In this document: piece by piece, positions 36,022-47,657 of the stretch
Layout: each line of letters begins with the position of its first letter
Numbering within the stretch: the first letter of the stretch is position 1
DNA from: a virus
Lineage: Duplodnaviria > Caudoviricetes
Virus record (IMG/VR): IMGVR_UViG_3300013232_000197
Coordinates: 17,008-81,007 of that record
Reading direction: 5' to 3' (one strand)
Length of the DNA stretch: 64,000 nt
The notes under the pieces: generated by a model
What the model was told of the DNA's origin: nothing
The model's input: only the letters and a program-made list of their open reading frames with translations
Databases searched by the model: none
Translations under genes and position numbers: made by a program

Positions 36022-37194
36022 ATGATCAATGAACCTATAATCCGTTCAATGCTAGATTGTGACCTTTACAAATTTAACATGGGGTCTGTGGTCTTTCATC
36101 TGTTCCCCCGTGCGGTAGTCACCTATAAGTTTTTCAATCGGGGCAAGACGGTCTTTCCCAAGGGATTTGCCAATGCACTTCAATATCAGATTGAAGCGTT
36201 GTCTAAGCTTGCGCTAACTCCCGACGAAGAGGACTGGATGATTGAAAAAATTCCGTATGCCCGTCCCACTTATATTGAATGGCTGGCGGGGTATCGGATG
36301 AATCCAGATGAAGTAGAAATTACACAAGATTTTGATGGATTTCTTCATATCATTATCACTGGTCCGTGGTATCGTACTATTTACTGGGAAGTCAAACTCA
36401 TGGCCGTCATTTCCGAGTTGTACTTCCGTATGACGGGACAGAAGATGGCTGACGATTGGCAGTGGCGAATCGTCAATAAGGCAGACCAACTTTCAAAAAT
36501 GGGATGTTACTGGATTGATTTTGGAACTCGACGACGTTTCTCGCTTGCCGTTCAGGACGAGGTTGTCCGTGTTATGGCAAATAAGAATGGTTTCCTCGGT
36601 ACTAGCAATATCCACCTTGCCCACAAGTACGGACTAACGCCACACGGCACTTATGCACACGAATGCCTTATGGCCATGAGTGCTCTTTACGGTGTCCGTA
36701 TGGCAGATAAAATGTGGCGTAAGCACTGGAGCGATCATTATGAGGGTAATGTGGGCGTTGCTCTGACTGATACTTTCACCACGGACGTATTCCTGCGTGA
36801 TTTTGGTACGTATGATGCCCGTCTGTTTGATGGCTGTCGGCAAGATAGTGGCGATCCGATTGCATGGGGACACAAGATGCTTGCCCATTACAAGAAACTG
36901 AATATCCCCGCAACTAATAAGCGTATGGTATTCAGTGACAATCTCAATGTCAGCAAGTACATTGGTATTCACAATACGTTTCAAGGTCTTGCTCAACCTG
37001 TCGCTGGTATCGGTACAAACTTTACCAATGATGTCGGGGTTAAACCGTTAAATATGGTTATCAAACTGACCAGTGCCGATTTCGGGCAAGGTGTAGTTGA
37101 CGTAGTAAAATTGTCAGATGACGCTGGCAAGCACACTGGAAATAAGTTTGCCATTGACATGGCAAAGGTTGAACTGGGTATTAATACAATATGA
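36022..37194 (+). CDS. pncB: nicotinate phosphoribosyltransferase
   Basis: DCDLYK, DFGTRRRFS, GTSN, GTYAHE, LTDT, RQDSGDP, FSD, KLSDDAGK; promoter 35988-36015 6 nt upstream. Confidence 0.93.
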   Translation: MINEPIIRSMLDCDLYKFNMGSVVFHLFPRAVVTYKFFNRGKTVFPKGFANALQYQIEALSKLALTPDEEDWMIEKIPYARPTYIEWLAGYRMNPDEVEITQDFDGFLHIIITGPWYRTIYWEVKLMAVISELYFRMTGQKMADDWQWRIVNKADQLSKMGCYWIDFGTRRRFSLAVQDEVVRVMANKNGFLGTSNIHLAHKYGLTPHGTYAHECLMAMSALYGVRMADKMWRKHWSDHYEGNVGVALTDTFTTDVFLRDFGTYDARLFDGCRQDSGDPIAWGHKMLAHYKKLNIPATNKRMVFSDNLNVSKYIGIHNTFQGLAQPVAGIGTNFTNDVGVKPLNMVIKLTSADFGQGVVDVVKLSDDAGKHTGNKFAIDMAKVELGINTI

Positions 37195-37379
37195 AAACTA
37201 TACGTTACGAAGTCCGAACCAAAGGCGACGGAGAGTTTGACTACTTCATTGACGATGGGCCATGTGATGATTGTGGCTATGATGCCGAGATAGATGGTAA
37301 AAACATTGAGCGTGCCAGAAAACATGCCAAGTGTTGTGGCGGTAAGGTGGTGAGAGTAACTATGGAACCTGTAAAATGA
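37191..37379 (+). CDS. small Cys-rich protein
   Basis: CDDC, CC; overlap-coupled. Confidence 0.55.
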   Translation: MKTIRYEVRTKGDGEFDYFIDDGPCDDCGYDAEIDGKNIERARKHAKCCGGKVVRVTMEPVK

Positions 37380-37849
37380 ATATGCCTAAACCCAAAAATG
37401 CGGCTGGATTGCTGATGTTTAAGCAAGTGGATGGAATACTAAAAGTATTCATCGTACATCCTGGGGGACCAACGTGGGCAGATAAGGACGTTGGGGCATG
37501 GAGCATTCCAAAGGGTGAGATTGAAGGAACAGACGAACCTTTGCCAACTGCCATCCGTGAGTTTAAGGAAGAAACTGGCTTTGAGCCCGACCATCCGTAT
37601 ATGCAGTTGGGGCAGATAACTCAAAAATCTGGTAAGGTAGTTACGGCATGGGCGTTTGAAGGTGAACATGATCCGGCGACGATGAAATGTAATGAGATTG
37701 AGATTGACTTCCCTCGTGGTTCTGGTAAGATGATAACCATTCCCGAAGTAGACCGGGGCGACTACTTCACGGTTGAGGACGCAAGTATCAAACTCAACCC
37801 AGCACAAGTCCCGTTTTTGAAACGTTTAACTGAAATACTATATGAATAA
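37376..37849 (+). CDS. Nudix hydrolase
   Basis: WSIPKGEIE..AIREFKEETG Nudix box. Confidence 0.9.
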   Translation: MNMPKPKNAAGLLMFKQVDGILKVFIVHPGGPTWADKDVGAWSIPKGEIEGTDEPLPTAIREFKEETGFEPDHPYMQLGQITQKSGKVVTAWAFEGEHDPATMKCNEIEIDFPRGSGKMITIPEVDRGDYFTVEDASIKLNPAQVPFLKRLTEILYE

Positions 37850-38129
37850 ATACCTGCCAATCTTGGCCTTAGCAGCACTCTTGGTGGGGTGTGACCCTCC
37901 TGCCGTAAAAATGAATAGCGACATTCAAATCGGTATTGTAGATGGAAAGGTTCTCCATCGAGTCACTACAAGTAGTGGTGAAGGAAGCACTCACTACATC
38001 TACTACTTTCCAAGTGATCGCAGTCAACCCATAAGCAACAATATGCGTATCGGTAAGGTAGGAACTGTCATCGTACTGATTGATGGTCAACCCGTATCTA
38101 CCAATCGCATTACCCTTGAACAACAATGA
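37842..38129 (+). CDS. putative lipoprotein
   Basis: Signal peptide with lipobox LLVGC. Confidence 0.65.
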   Translation: MNKYLPILALAALLVGCDPPAVKMNSDIQIGIVDGKVLHRVTTSSGEGSTHYIYYFPSDRSQPISNNMRIGKVGTVIVLIDGQPVSTNRITLEQQ

Positions 38130-38905
38130 AAGCACTAGCAAATGAAATCGTGGCGTGGTTGAAAAACTATGCCGAAAAGAGTGGACAGAAGGCATTCGTC
38201 GTGGGCGTATCGGGTGGAGTGGACTCCGCTCTGGTATCAACCCTCTGTGCAATGACTGGTCTGCCGACTCACTGTGTCATCCTCCCGTGTCAATCAAAGC
38301 CGGAGCATAGTAAAGCTGGCCTCAAGCACATTGCATGGCTGCAAGGAAAATTTCGTAAAACTGTTTATCTTCACCGCATTGATTTGACGAAAGTATTTGA
38401 AGCATTTGCTAAAGAAAATCAAGGGTATGAAAATGATCTTGCATTCGCCAATGCCAAGAGTCGTCTTCGCATGATTGAACTTTACCAGATTGCTTGTATC
38501 AATAGTGGACTCGTAGTGGGTACGGGCAACAAGGTGGAAGACTTTGGTATTGGTTTCTTCACCAAGTACGGTGATGGTGGAGTGGACATTTCTCCCATTG
38601 CCGATTTGTACAAGACCGAGGTACGCCTGATGTGCCAAGCAATAGACGTGTTGCCTGATTTAACCAATGCCATTCCTACGGATGGACTGTGGGCAGATGG
38701 TCGCTCAGATGAAGATGCCATTGGTGCAACTTACAAAGAGTTGGAGTGGGCAATGGATTGGATTGAAGATGGGAAGAATTGCTCGTCAACTGTGCTGGTG
38801 GAAGGATTGACCCCTCGGCAGAAGCAGGTGCTTGAAATCTATACGAACCGGCACGCTGCTACGATGCACAAGCTGCTTCCTATCCCAACATTCAAACGGA
38901 AGTGA
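38126..38905 (+). CDS. nadE: NH3-dependent NAD+ synthetase
   Basis: GVSGGVDS, NAKSRLRM, GTGNKVE, FTKYGDGG, PIADLYK, DEDAIG.TY. Confidence 0.95.
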   Translation: MKALANEIVAWLKNYAEKSGQKAFVVGVSGGVDSALVSTLCAMTGLPTHCVILPCQSKPEHSKAGLKHIAWLQGKFRKTVYLHRIDLTKVFEAFAKENQGYENDLAFANAKSRLRMIELYQIACINSGLVVGTGNKVEDFGIGFFTKYGDGGVDISPIADLYKTEVRLMCQAIDVLPDLTNAIPTDGLWADGRSDEDAIGATYKELEWAMDWIEDGKNCSSTVLVEGLTPRQKQVLEIYTNRHAATMHKLLPIPTFKRK

Positions 38906-38908
38906 ACT

Positions 38909-39419
38909 ATGAGTTTCCTAACACTCTGCGGTGTGCTTGGCACTATCTTTATAGTAGTATTTATCTGTGTGTGGGTTCGTCTTGTTATCAAGGACAAGAA
39001 TGCCGCAATAGACTACTACCGTGAGTTGTGGATTGAAGCGTTGAAGAAACTTCCTGATCAACCCAAATACTTAATACAAAATGAATGCAATACAAAAGGC
39101 AAGACGAGAAGAGAGTAAACGGACTGAACCTGTTCAGAAGCCAGTGCGAATGAGCTACGAAACGTATGCTTATCTGAAATCTTTGGTGGAGGACCAGAAA
39201 AGAAAGTTGGAACTAGAGTTTCGGATGGCATGTAACTTTATCCCCAGTAATAGTGGAGTTGTCAAAGGTCTCTCGGGGATTGACCGGGCACACGAAATCT
39301 TCCGCAAGCATCAAGGTGAGTTGAATAAGGTGGAAGAAGAGTTGTACGCTGCGGTTCAAGCGGCGTATAGAGATCATCCCAATAAAGAGATGCGAGAGTT
39401 TTGGGGACTTGAAAAATGA
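38909..39419 (+). other. two hypothetical ORFs (38909..39118 membrane-anchored; 39081..39419)
   Basis: Packed ORFs. Confidence 0.55.
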
Positions 39420-39856
39420 ATCTGTTCAACATCCGTCGCACATTTGAGATGCAGAAAGCTAGGGGTTGGACCGAAACTTACTGGTGCATTGACTTGCACG
39501 GCACTATCATCCCAAGCGGCAAAGGACCAGATGACAATACGGATGCCGAGAAGTTCTATCCCGGTGCCCTTGAAGTATTGCAGTGGTTGACCCGACGCAA
39601 GGACATAATGATGATTTTGTGGACGAGCACTCCACCATCACGATTGCCTAATGTCTTGGAGTTTCTTAAGTTTTACAGCATTCGCTTTGACTATATCAAT
39701 GAGAACCCCCACGCTCTCAATACCCCTCGCAGTGACTTCTCCAAAAAGTTCTATTTCAGCGTGCTCTTGGACGACCGTGCGGGGTTTGAACCCGGGACGG
39801 ATTGGTTACTAATCAAGAAAGAACTCATTGCGATTGGCGAATGGAATAAATTATGA
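39416..39856 (+). CDS. HAD-superfamily phosphatase-like protein
   Basis: CIDLHGTI, LWTS, LLDDRAGF. Confidence 0.7.
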   Translation: MNLFNIRRTFEMQKARGWTETYWCIDLHGTIIPSGKGPDDNTDAEKFYPGALEVLQWLTRRKDIMMILWTSTPPSRLPNVLEFLKFYSIRFDYINENPHALNTPRSDFSKKFYFSVLLDDRAGFEPGTDWLLIKKELIAIGEWNKL

Positions 39857-40536
39857 AAAAAATTACTACCGTTAACCGGTTTTTCGATTTTTATTCTATA
39901 ATTGAACTCTACCTGCGTACTGGAGGTTTCCGTGACATTGGATACCCCGGATATTCTGTGTTTGTAACTCAGCGTGCCGAGGATAAAATCCGACAGGCTT
40001 ATGAACGAATTGTAGATAGTTTTTATGCCCGAATCTACACTGCCTTAGTCGAGTCAGTCCGTTCAGAACTTCATCATTATCCTGGCTCTACATTAGATTC
40101 GAAAGAAAAGCAGATTAAAGAAATGGGTATCAATGTAAGTCAGGCTAAGAAACGTCCTGGGATGTATCCCGAAAATGCTCACATTTTGTTTACACTACCC
40201 CGATGGGTAAGTGGATATGGAGGAAAAAAATGGGCAGGTGGAACTGCTTTATTGATTGAAGCCAAGAAGGTCAAGACCCACGCAGAAAAAGTCTATTGGG
40301 TTGATAGAGTGCTCGATTTATATCATAATTGCGGGCATATGATTAACAAAACGGAGTACCGCACATTGTCTAGTTTAAGTATTCTATGGAAATCGAAAAC
40401 AGCTAATAGAACATTTTACTCTACTCCACTGGACTTTCGTGCCAAGGCCAAAAGTATTATGGAGTATATTCCTCACAATTCAATCGCCGTGAAACGTCTC
40501 GTCATACCTCAAAAAAAGCTCTTGACATTTGCTTGA
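39853..40536 (+). CDS. hypothetical protein
   Basis: Overlap-coupled 227-aa ORF. Confidence 0.65.
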   Translation: MKKITTVNRFFDFYSIIELYLRTGGFRDIGYPGYSVFVTQRAEDKIRQAYERIVDSFYARIYTALVESVRSELHHYPGSTLDSKEKQIKEMGINVSQAKKRPGMYPENAHILFTLPRWVSGYGGKKWAGGTALLIEAKKVKTHAEKVYWVDRVLDLYHNCGHMINKTEYRTLSSLSILWKSKTANRTFYSTPLDFRAKAKSIMEYIPHNSIAVKRLVIPQKKLLTFA

Positions 40537-40558
40537 CAACGTGATACATTTTAAGAAT

Positions 40559-40798
40559 ATGAGTCAACAAACACCTATAACTCCTACTGTTCCCACACGG
40601 CTTCCCGTTGTGGAGTTTGAATACCCCGATAGTTCCACTGGCAAGATGAAGGTTCGCTACTTGCGAGTCGTGTCTGCCGATGCGGATTACATCAAAGGCA
40701 ATGAACTGGATAATCCTGGATCGCAAAAGGATGGACAGTTCAAGACTTTCAGCCGAAGCCGTCTGGTTCGGCAAGCACCAACCCTCGTATCATTCTAA
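40559..40798 (+). CDS. small WYL-like domain protein
   Basis: VEFEY..KVRYLRV..IKGNE..FKTFSRSRL; promoter 40522-40550 upstream. Confidence 0.5.
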   Translation: MSQQTPITPTVPTRLPVVEFEYPDSSTGKMKVRYLRVVSADADYIKGNELDNPGSQKDGQFKTFSRSRLVRQAPTLVSF

Positions 40799-40803
40799 TC
40801 AAC

Positions 40804-41330
40804 ATGGAACCAACAATAGTACCTCCCACCTACACCTTCGTCTGTTTGGCTAAACCATCCAAGAAACAAAATACGGTTTGTCCTACATTCAAAGAAGCGT
40901 TCACTCATATGTTTAACTGGGTCAATGAGCAGTTGGACAATGGAGGAATGTCTTACCAAGTCCTGGAAACAGCAATATGGATTGAAACCACGAGTGGCAC
41001 TCCATTGTTTTTCTACGATGCCCGAGACTTGGCCGTAGAGCAAGGTATCATTAAGAACAATAAGTTGGTCAAATAATAAGGAAACATATGTGGTTCAAGA
41101 AAAAATACCTTTCAACAAACGAAACAGTACCCGCAAAGACTTGCGTACAACTGTGGTATGTTCGATGGACATCTCGTAACGGAGTATATTCAGGAGACAT
41201 GCATGGAGAAATGGAAGCATTTACATCTGAAACGGAAGCCACTACTTTCAAGGTTTCACTTGAAAATGCTTTCAGGTTACTCAAACATACTGGGTCAAGT
41301 ACGAGAGTAACTATGGAAAAAGCGGACTGA
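40804..41330 (+). other. two hypothetical ORFs (40804..41076, 41088..41330)
   Basis: Packed ORFs. Confidence 0.55.
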
Positions 41331-41332
41331 GG

Positions 41333-42037
41333 ATGGAGATCACATTTGCCATCGTTGGTACGGCTGGTCGCAAAGATGACGCCACGAAGTTGTCCAAGCA
41401 ACACTTCGAGGCAATGTGCATTGTTGCCAGTGGTTTGATTGACCAGTGCAACGAGAGTAACTATACTATTACTCATTTGGTATCTGGGGGAGCAGCGTGG
41501 GCAGACCACGTTGCCGTTAAACTCTTCTCAGATAAGAAAGTCCCCCACCTTCGTTTGTTTCTTCCTGCTGAATGGGACAATGGTTCCTATAAAGATTTAG
41601 GTATAACGGACCCATTCAAAAACCCCGGTGGTACTGCAAACTACTACCACAAGCGGTTTCAAAACTCTACTCACATTCATTCACTAAGTCAAATTCAGTC
41701 CGCACTGTCAGAGGGAGCAGAGTTAATACCTGTAGCCAAAGGTTTCTACGCTCGCAATGCACTGGTTGCCAAGTCAGACTTCCTTCTGGCGATGACGTTT
41801 GGCAATGAACATGAAGTCAAAGAAGGTGGTACGGCAGACACGGTGAGACGTTACCTTGAGAGAGTACGCAAGGAAGGTTTCTTTGACAAATCATTCCATT
41901 ACGATCTCAACAAGGGAGAAATCTTTGAAGGTTGCGATGCACCTGATAAAGAGACTCTTCCAAAGGAGGTATTGAAACAAATACGGCAGTCTCGCCTTTA
42001 TCCCGCTGGACTTGGAGTACTCGTTCCAACACCCTGA
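41333..42037 (+). CDS. SLOG-superfamily (YspA/DprA-like) protein
   Basis: AIVGTAGR, VSGGAAWAD, ARNALV, GGTADT. Confidence 0.7.
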   Translation: MEITFAIVGTAGRKDDATKLSKQHFEAMCIVASGLIDQCNESNYTITHLVSGGAAWADHVAVKLFSDKKVPHLRLFLPAEWDNGSYKDLGITDPFKNPGGTANYYHKRFQNSTHIHSLSQIQSALSEGAELIPVAKGFYARNALVAKSDFLLAMTFGNEHEVKEGGTADTVRRYLERVRKEGFFDKSFHYDLNKGEIFEGCDAPDKETLPKEVLKQIRQSRLYPAGLGVLVPTP

Positions 42038-42489
42038 GTTTTCTTTTCAAATCGTTCCAGACTTGTTATGCGACGATTAACTTGCTCCAACAAATCAGTT
42101 ACTTGTTCAGCGTCGGCATCATAATCTTCATGCCCCCACTTCATATCCACAAGATAAACTTGTAAAACTTCGGGGTTGGACAAGAATGCCGACAAATCGG
42201 CCTTCATTTCCGTCAGAGTTTTGATGCTACGAATGCGATTCAAATTGATCATATACAATTAGCGGTCCACATTGGGAGTTCCCATGGGTTTGTTATCAGT
42301 TTTAACGGATGCTATTACACCGAGTATCATTCCAATACCTATTAATCCAAGGAGGAATGTTGATGACGGAGGATTGTGCCATACGAAAAGTATTCCTTTC
42401 CACATAACATAAATAAGTCCTCCTATAACAACCGTGGATATAACTTGCTCTGGCGCTCGACTCCAGAATCGTTGTAGAAATAGTTTCAT
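41998..42489 (-). other. two minus-strand ORFs (41998..42258; 42259..42489, membrane)
   Basis: Own promoter TTGACT-17-TAAGAT (42527-42499) 9 nt before ATG 42489. Confidence 0.6.
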
Positions 42490-42498
42490 TCTGTGTGT

Positions 42499-42569
42499 AT
42501 CTTACTATACCGGCGATGATTAGTCAAGTAGAATAAAACAGTTGACTTTTTTTCTGTGTGGTGTATAAT
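42499..42569. promoter_or_regulatory. divergent promoter pair
   Basis: Minus: TTGACT 42527-17-TAAGAT. Plus: TTGACT 42542-16-TATAAT. Confidence 0.75.
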
Positions 42570-42578
42570 GCTCACACT

Positions 42579-44968
42579 ATGGCACAACTTTACACATTGA
42601 TGTATGGCAAGTCCAAGAAACGGATGAAGCCAATTATGACCGATGTTTTGCACAAATGCCAGAACTATCGGGATGCTCGGTTGCATTCAACGTCTGGATG
42701 GCATGATATTGTACCTGCCGAGGCTGGAGCAGTGCCTTGGAGACAAAAATCCGCAACTGTGGGTGGTAATCGTTGTGAGATGGTCAATCGTATTGGTCAC
42801 GGTCGGGCAGGATGGATTGGCAAAACGGGGTTTCAGGAGCATACTTAAATGATTACTGCATCTGCCATGAAGTTTGTCAATGGAACAATTTTGACTGGAC
42901 ACCGGCACCATAACATCATTGCCGATGCCAAGGAAGCAGGGTACAGTCGTCAAGATGTTGCTCAAGCAGAGCAAGGGTTTGTTGATGAAACTCGTAAGTT
43001 TTACGACCGTACAGAAGCAGGAAAACATGCCGAAGAATGTGGACAAGTTGTTGTAGGGCAGGCGGTTGTTCAACACGTTTACAATCCTCGCCTCGGATTG
43101 TTCAGCGAAGACCTTTGGTAAGATTGCTCTTGACTTTTTTAGTATCTGTGTTATGTTAAAGGACAATGACAAAACGATGGGCAGTCAAGTGTGTGGAATG
43201 TGGTAAAGAAGAATCATTCGGTGACACACATGACATTTCTCAGGCTCATTGGCAAGTATTGGCGTGGATAGTACCATCGGGTGAGCCACGGTGCGTTTGT
43301 GATAAGTGTACGTATAACCACTCACCACTTAAGAAAACGAAATGAAAAAACTATTTAAGAGAATTGGCGGATGGATTTTTCCAGCAGCTATTCCAGAAAC
43401 GAGTGATGTTGTTTCCGTGGAAATTGTCCGACGAGCAGAGGATGGAAGACTAATCCGGTTTTCTTTAGCGAATAACGATGCAAGCCGATGGGGATTTATG
43501 ATTACGTATAGATACCCAAATAGTCGGTTTAAGGAATTGAAATGGAATCGTGAAGAAATTTCGTGACTTATGCCTTTAACTAAGACCATAGCAAAAAATC
43601 TACTGATAAAGAATGGAGTGTATTCACTCTATCATCGGAATGCTCCAGATGAAGGTTGGATCAAGGAAAAGCAAGCGGTATTCTGTCACATCGGAACGAC
43701 AGGTATGCCCATTTTCCATCCGCTCGGTGAACCTTCGTTCCAAGACATATTTGGATTACAGAACTATGATACTCATTGGCTTGCCATCTTTGAGCGAATG
43801 GGTAACAAAAACGATTTAGGATATTGATATGCCTTGGTTTATTACATCTATTTGTAAAGACGAAACGATAAAACGGATGCGGGAGCAAACTCGTGATCCA
43901 CGATTTGTCACCAGCCGCAGTCGCACCTTTGGCTTCTACAACACGCTTGACGAAGCATACAAAGCAGTCGAGAGTAACCGATGCAATCTGCACGAGTGTT
44001 TGTATGATTACCTCGTTATTGAATACATTGAGCCGGGTATTCATCCGACCGTTGAAAAAGAGTACTGGTGGGAATGGGTTGCAGAAAACAACCGATGGGA
44101 AGATGGTATTGAGAAACCCGTTGAGTTTATCGGAGTTGTAAACTGGGCATTAGGATAAACATATGATAAACGAAGTCACAATCACAGCGACGTTTGTAAC
44201 AGGCACTTCTCAACAAGATAGTGCCAAGGCGGAAGAGGGATGTAAAGAACTGTTACTGCGTTTACTCAGGATACATGACATTGCCACGGAAACGGGAAGT
44301 CCTCTTTTCCTCGTGAAAATCCTCAAAGTGGAATCAGAAAAGATATGAAAAGACCAGAACATAATACAAATCCGGTAGATATAAATCGTATTTGGGTGAG
44401 AACCAAAGTGGATTCGCATTATTGGTCACACAACGATCAATATGCTCATAACAGTGTAGATGCTACGCTCAAGTGGATTGCCGACGCAGTAAAGAAAGCG
44501 GAAGCCAATCATTTTGAAGACTTGGTTATTCAACCTACTTACATGGAACCCGATGCCGATAGTTTGGGGCACGAATACATTGAACTTGTTGGTTGGAGGT
44601 TGGAAACGGATGCTGAGTACGAGCGTAGAGTGAGTGGTAATCTGGGACAACTGAAACGTAGCAAAGCAAATCATGATGGTTTGATAAAATACTATGCTTC
44701 GGAGGACTATGTCAAGCGTATTACCGAGCTTGAAGCTCTCATTGTCAAACTTAAAAAGAAAGAACCTTCTTGCCACTGACCTATGGAATACGTTATTGTT
44801 ATCTCAGTCCTTGTCTTTTGTTGCTGGATCTATTATCTGATTCAGAAGCGTATTGGTGAGGACCAAGCGAGAGAGTGGAAGCAGTTTGTGCTGGATAATC
44901 CACAATGCTTTCGTAAACCCGCCGAGCCACGGCAGGATAAAGATAGAGAGCAAAAAAAAAGTACATAG
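42579..44968 (+). other. run of small hypothetical ORFs (42579..42848, 42849..43121, 43342..43566, 43570..43827, 43829..44158, 44163..44348, 44345..44779, 44783..44968)
   Basis: Tightly packed, same strand; promoters at 42542 and 43130. Confidence 0.6.
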
Positions 44969-45007
44969 AGGAAATGTGGGAGCGATGGAGAAATCAATCA
45001 CATCACA

Positions 45008-45598
45008 ATGAACCCGTTGATGATATTCGGAAAGAACGCCAAGCCTGAAGGTATTACTCCTTCGGTTATCTTGTGTGGTCCAAAGTATTCTGCCAATGTA
45101 GGTGCGGCAGTGCGGGCAGCTTCTTGCTTTGGAGCAAGACAAGTGTGGTGGACAGGCAATAGGTTCAACTTGGATGACAAAGACAGATTGCCAAGAGAAG
45201 AACGAATGAAGGGATACAAAGATGTTGAACTGAGACAGTTTGACCGACCATTTGAACATTTTCCCGATGCTGCACCCATTGCCATTGAACTATTACCTAA
45301 CTCTGAATGTCTCTCCGATTTCATTCATCCCGTGAATGCAGTGTACGTTTTTGGACCTGAAGATGGAAGCATTCCTCCGGTGGTGCGGAGGCATTGTCAT
45401 AGGTTTGTCAGCATTCCATCAAGGCATTGTTTGAACCTTGCTGCGGCGGTGTACATTGTACTTTATGACCGCATCATTAAGCATTACCAACTGACGGGAG
45501 AAAAACCTACCTTGGATGAAGTCCGTGGGTTTGTAGATACAAATGCCAACGAGGACATCTTTGGTACAACCTATAAGAATGGAGTAGCATTCACATGA
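45008..45598 (+). CDS. SpoU/TrmH-family RNA 2'-O-methyltransferase
   Basis: PKYSANVGAAVR, FGPEDGSI, SIPS..CLNLAAAV. Confidence 0.88.
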   Translation: MNPLMIFGKNAKPEGITPSVILCGPKYSANVGAAVRAASCFGARQVWWTGNRFNLDDKDRLPREERMKGYKDVELRQFDRPFEHFPDAAPIAIELLPNSECLSDFIHPVNAVYVFGPEDGSIPPVVRRHCHRFVSIPSRHCLNLAAAVYIVLYDRIIKHYQLTGEKPTLDEVRGFVDTNANEDIFGTTYKNGVAFT

Positions 45599-46178
45599 CA
45601 TTTGAACTAGTTAGAGCTACAATGAGTGCCGAAGCCGATGATAAAGTGGTGGCTAAGGTCATTCTCAACTTCTTTTTGTATCAGTATCAACGAGCACTGG
45701 AAGAAAAGATAAACACTCAACAATCTCTAAGAGCTATGAATGCCGCCAATGAAGCGGCCAAAGCAGAATACAACAAAGATACTGAAATGGGTGGAATGGG
45801 ATGGGGGCGTCAATATCCTTATGGCGACGCAACCATAAAGATGAAAGAAGAGGCGGTCAAACAAGCAGAGCGGGAATACAAAGAGATGGCCCGAGTATTG
45901 GAGTTTGTTAAAGACCGTTTTGTGGAAAAGTTTGTATGAAAATGAAATTGGAAAAAGTTCTGACTAAAATCCCATCTTTGCCATGGCGTGGAGTTGAACA
46001 GATGACCACTGGACAGTTCGAACTGTATCGTGCTTATGGATTACATGCCGCCAATCATTTTTTGGAAATGAGGAATAGATTCAGACGGCATCTGGAAATA
46101 AACGAACACGATACCAAAAAATGCAATTGCGACAATTGCAGATTTTTGCGTCAAGTAGATATTGTTGAATATGAATGA
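45595..46178 (+). other. two hypothetical ORFs (45595..45939, 45936..46178)
   Basis: Overlap-coupled. Confidence 0.55.
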
Positions 46179-46704
46179 AATAAGATACGAAACACTAATG
46201 GAAGATGTGGACTGGAAACTTCCAACTGTATTCCTTGCTGGCCCAACTGTCAGAGGCAACCAGCCTCACTTGACTTCGTGGAGATTTGCTGCAATTGATC
46301 TCTTTAAGGAAATGAAGTTTAATGGAAACTTAATCATTCCTGAGTTCCATAGCAAGTCTGAATCAGACAAGTATCGCTATGACATTCCCGTGTGGGAGTT
46401 TACTGGACTTCAGAAGTGTGATGTTATTATGTTCTGGATTTCCCGTACAAGGGAGTTAATCGGTCTTACTACTAATCATGAGCATGGTTACTGGTTGGGC
46501 AGAGACAGAGACAAAGTGGTCTATGGGCGTCCTGATGATGCTTACCGCATGACATACCTTGATATTATGTGGGTTGAGACGGGTAAACTGATGGTGTTTC
46601 CTGCACCGGCTTTCAGTATTCATAACACGTTGGAAAAAACTGTTCAAGCAACCCTTCTAAAATTACAAACAAAAACAAAGAAACTACATGAAACAACCCA
46701 ATAA
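46162..46704 (+). CDS. nucleoside 2-deoxyribosyltransferase-like protein
   Basis: VFLAGP..WR, WE..L..CDVIMFW, TNHEHG. Confidence 0.72.
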   Translation: MLNMNEIRYETLMEDVDWKLPTVFLAGPTVRGNQPHLTSWRFAAIDLFKEMKFNGNLIIPEFHSKSESDKYRYDIPVWEFTGLQKCDVIMFWISRTRELIGLTTNHEHGYWLGRDRDKVVYGRPDDAYRMTYLDIMWVETGKLMVFPAPAFSIHNTLEKTVQATLLKLQTKTKKLHETTQ

Positions 46705-47011
46705 TACAATCCGAGACTCTGCCTTGAGTAGCAAAGATCAGATGGCCGTGATTCTGGAATCCCCGCCATATATGCCTATTAATCCCGAAGAACGTGAGAT
46801 TTGGACTATACTCACTATGATTGGGTTTTACTGCGTTAAGCTCATTACGTATGAGAAAAACGTACAGGTAGTGTTCACTCATAAACCGTGGCTCAAGAAG
46901 GAAGGCTCCAATGTGGAGAAGGCAGAAGTCCTTGACCTTACATGGGCATTCCGTGAAACCGATGGTATCGCTTTGGAGTTAGTAAGGAAGGTGCTTACCT
47001 TTGAGAAATAG
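46688..47011 (+). CDS. hypothetical protein
   Basis: Packed ORF. Confidence 0.55.
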   Translation: MKQPNNTIRDSALSSKDQMAVILESPPYMPINPEEREIWTILTMIGFYCVKLITYEKNVQVVFTHKPWLKKEGSNVEKAEVLDLTWAFRETDGIALELVRKVLTFEK

Positions 47012-47018
47012 ATAGTGT

Positions 47019-47657
47019 ATGATTGAATACCCATCCATATTGCCAAGCAGCAAGGCTCCCCGAGAGCCGATGATTGCCTTTGAAAAATATGATGGCAGCA
47101 ACATTCGTGTGAAGTACACTAACAAGAGAGGGTTTCATCTCTTTGGTAGTCGCACGCAGATGTTCAATGAGGGGCATCCATTCCTTGCTCCTGCCATTCC
47201 TTACTTCTATGAACATTTTGAGAACCCACTGGTGGACCTGATTGAAGGAGAGTTCCCTAATGAGCGGGAAGTGATTGCTTACTTGGAGTTCTTTGGAGAT
47301 AAGTCCTTTGCGGGATGGCATGAGCCAGACGACCCTACCAAGAGATTGGTATGTTTTGACATTATGGTGGGACATAAGAATAGGAAGTTTCTGACGCCCC
47401 GTGAGTTTGTAAAACTTACTACGAAATACAAAGTCATTGCTCCCCGTGTTATTTATGAAGGCAACTTGACTGACCAATTCATTGCTGATGTACGAGCAGG
47501 CAAGTATCCTGTGACTGAGGGCGTGGTATGTAAAGGTACACAAAAGACAGGAGCCCATCGTGGCGGTGTGTGGATGGCAAAAATCAAGACCCAAGCGTAT
47601 CTGGATAGGTTGTTCAATCGCTATGGGGACGAAGGAATAAAGAAGTATGGCGAATAA
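47019..47657 (+). CDS. Rnl2-like RNA ligase (adenylyltransferase domain only)
   Basis: FEKYDGSNIR, LEFFG, CFDI, EGVV, AKIK. Confidence 0.8.
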   Translation: MIEYPSILPSSKAPREPMIAFEKYDGSNIRVKYTNKRGFHLFGSRTQMFNEGHPFLAPAIPYFYEHFENPLVDLIEGEFPNEREVIAYLEFFGDKSFAGWHEPDDPTKRLVCFDIMVGHKNRKFLTPREFVKLTTKYKVIAPRVIYEGNLTDQFIADVRAGKYPVTEGVVCKGTQKTGAHRGGVWMAKIKTQAYLDRLFNRYGDEGIKKYGE

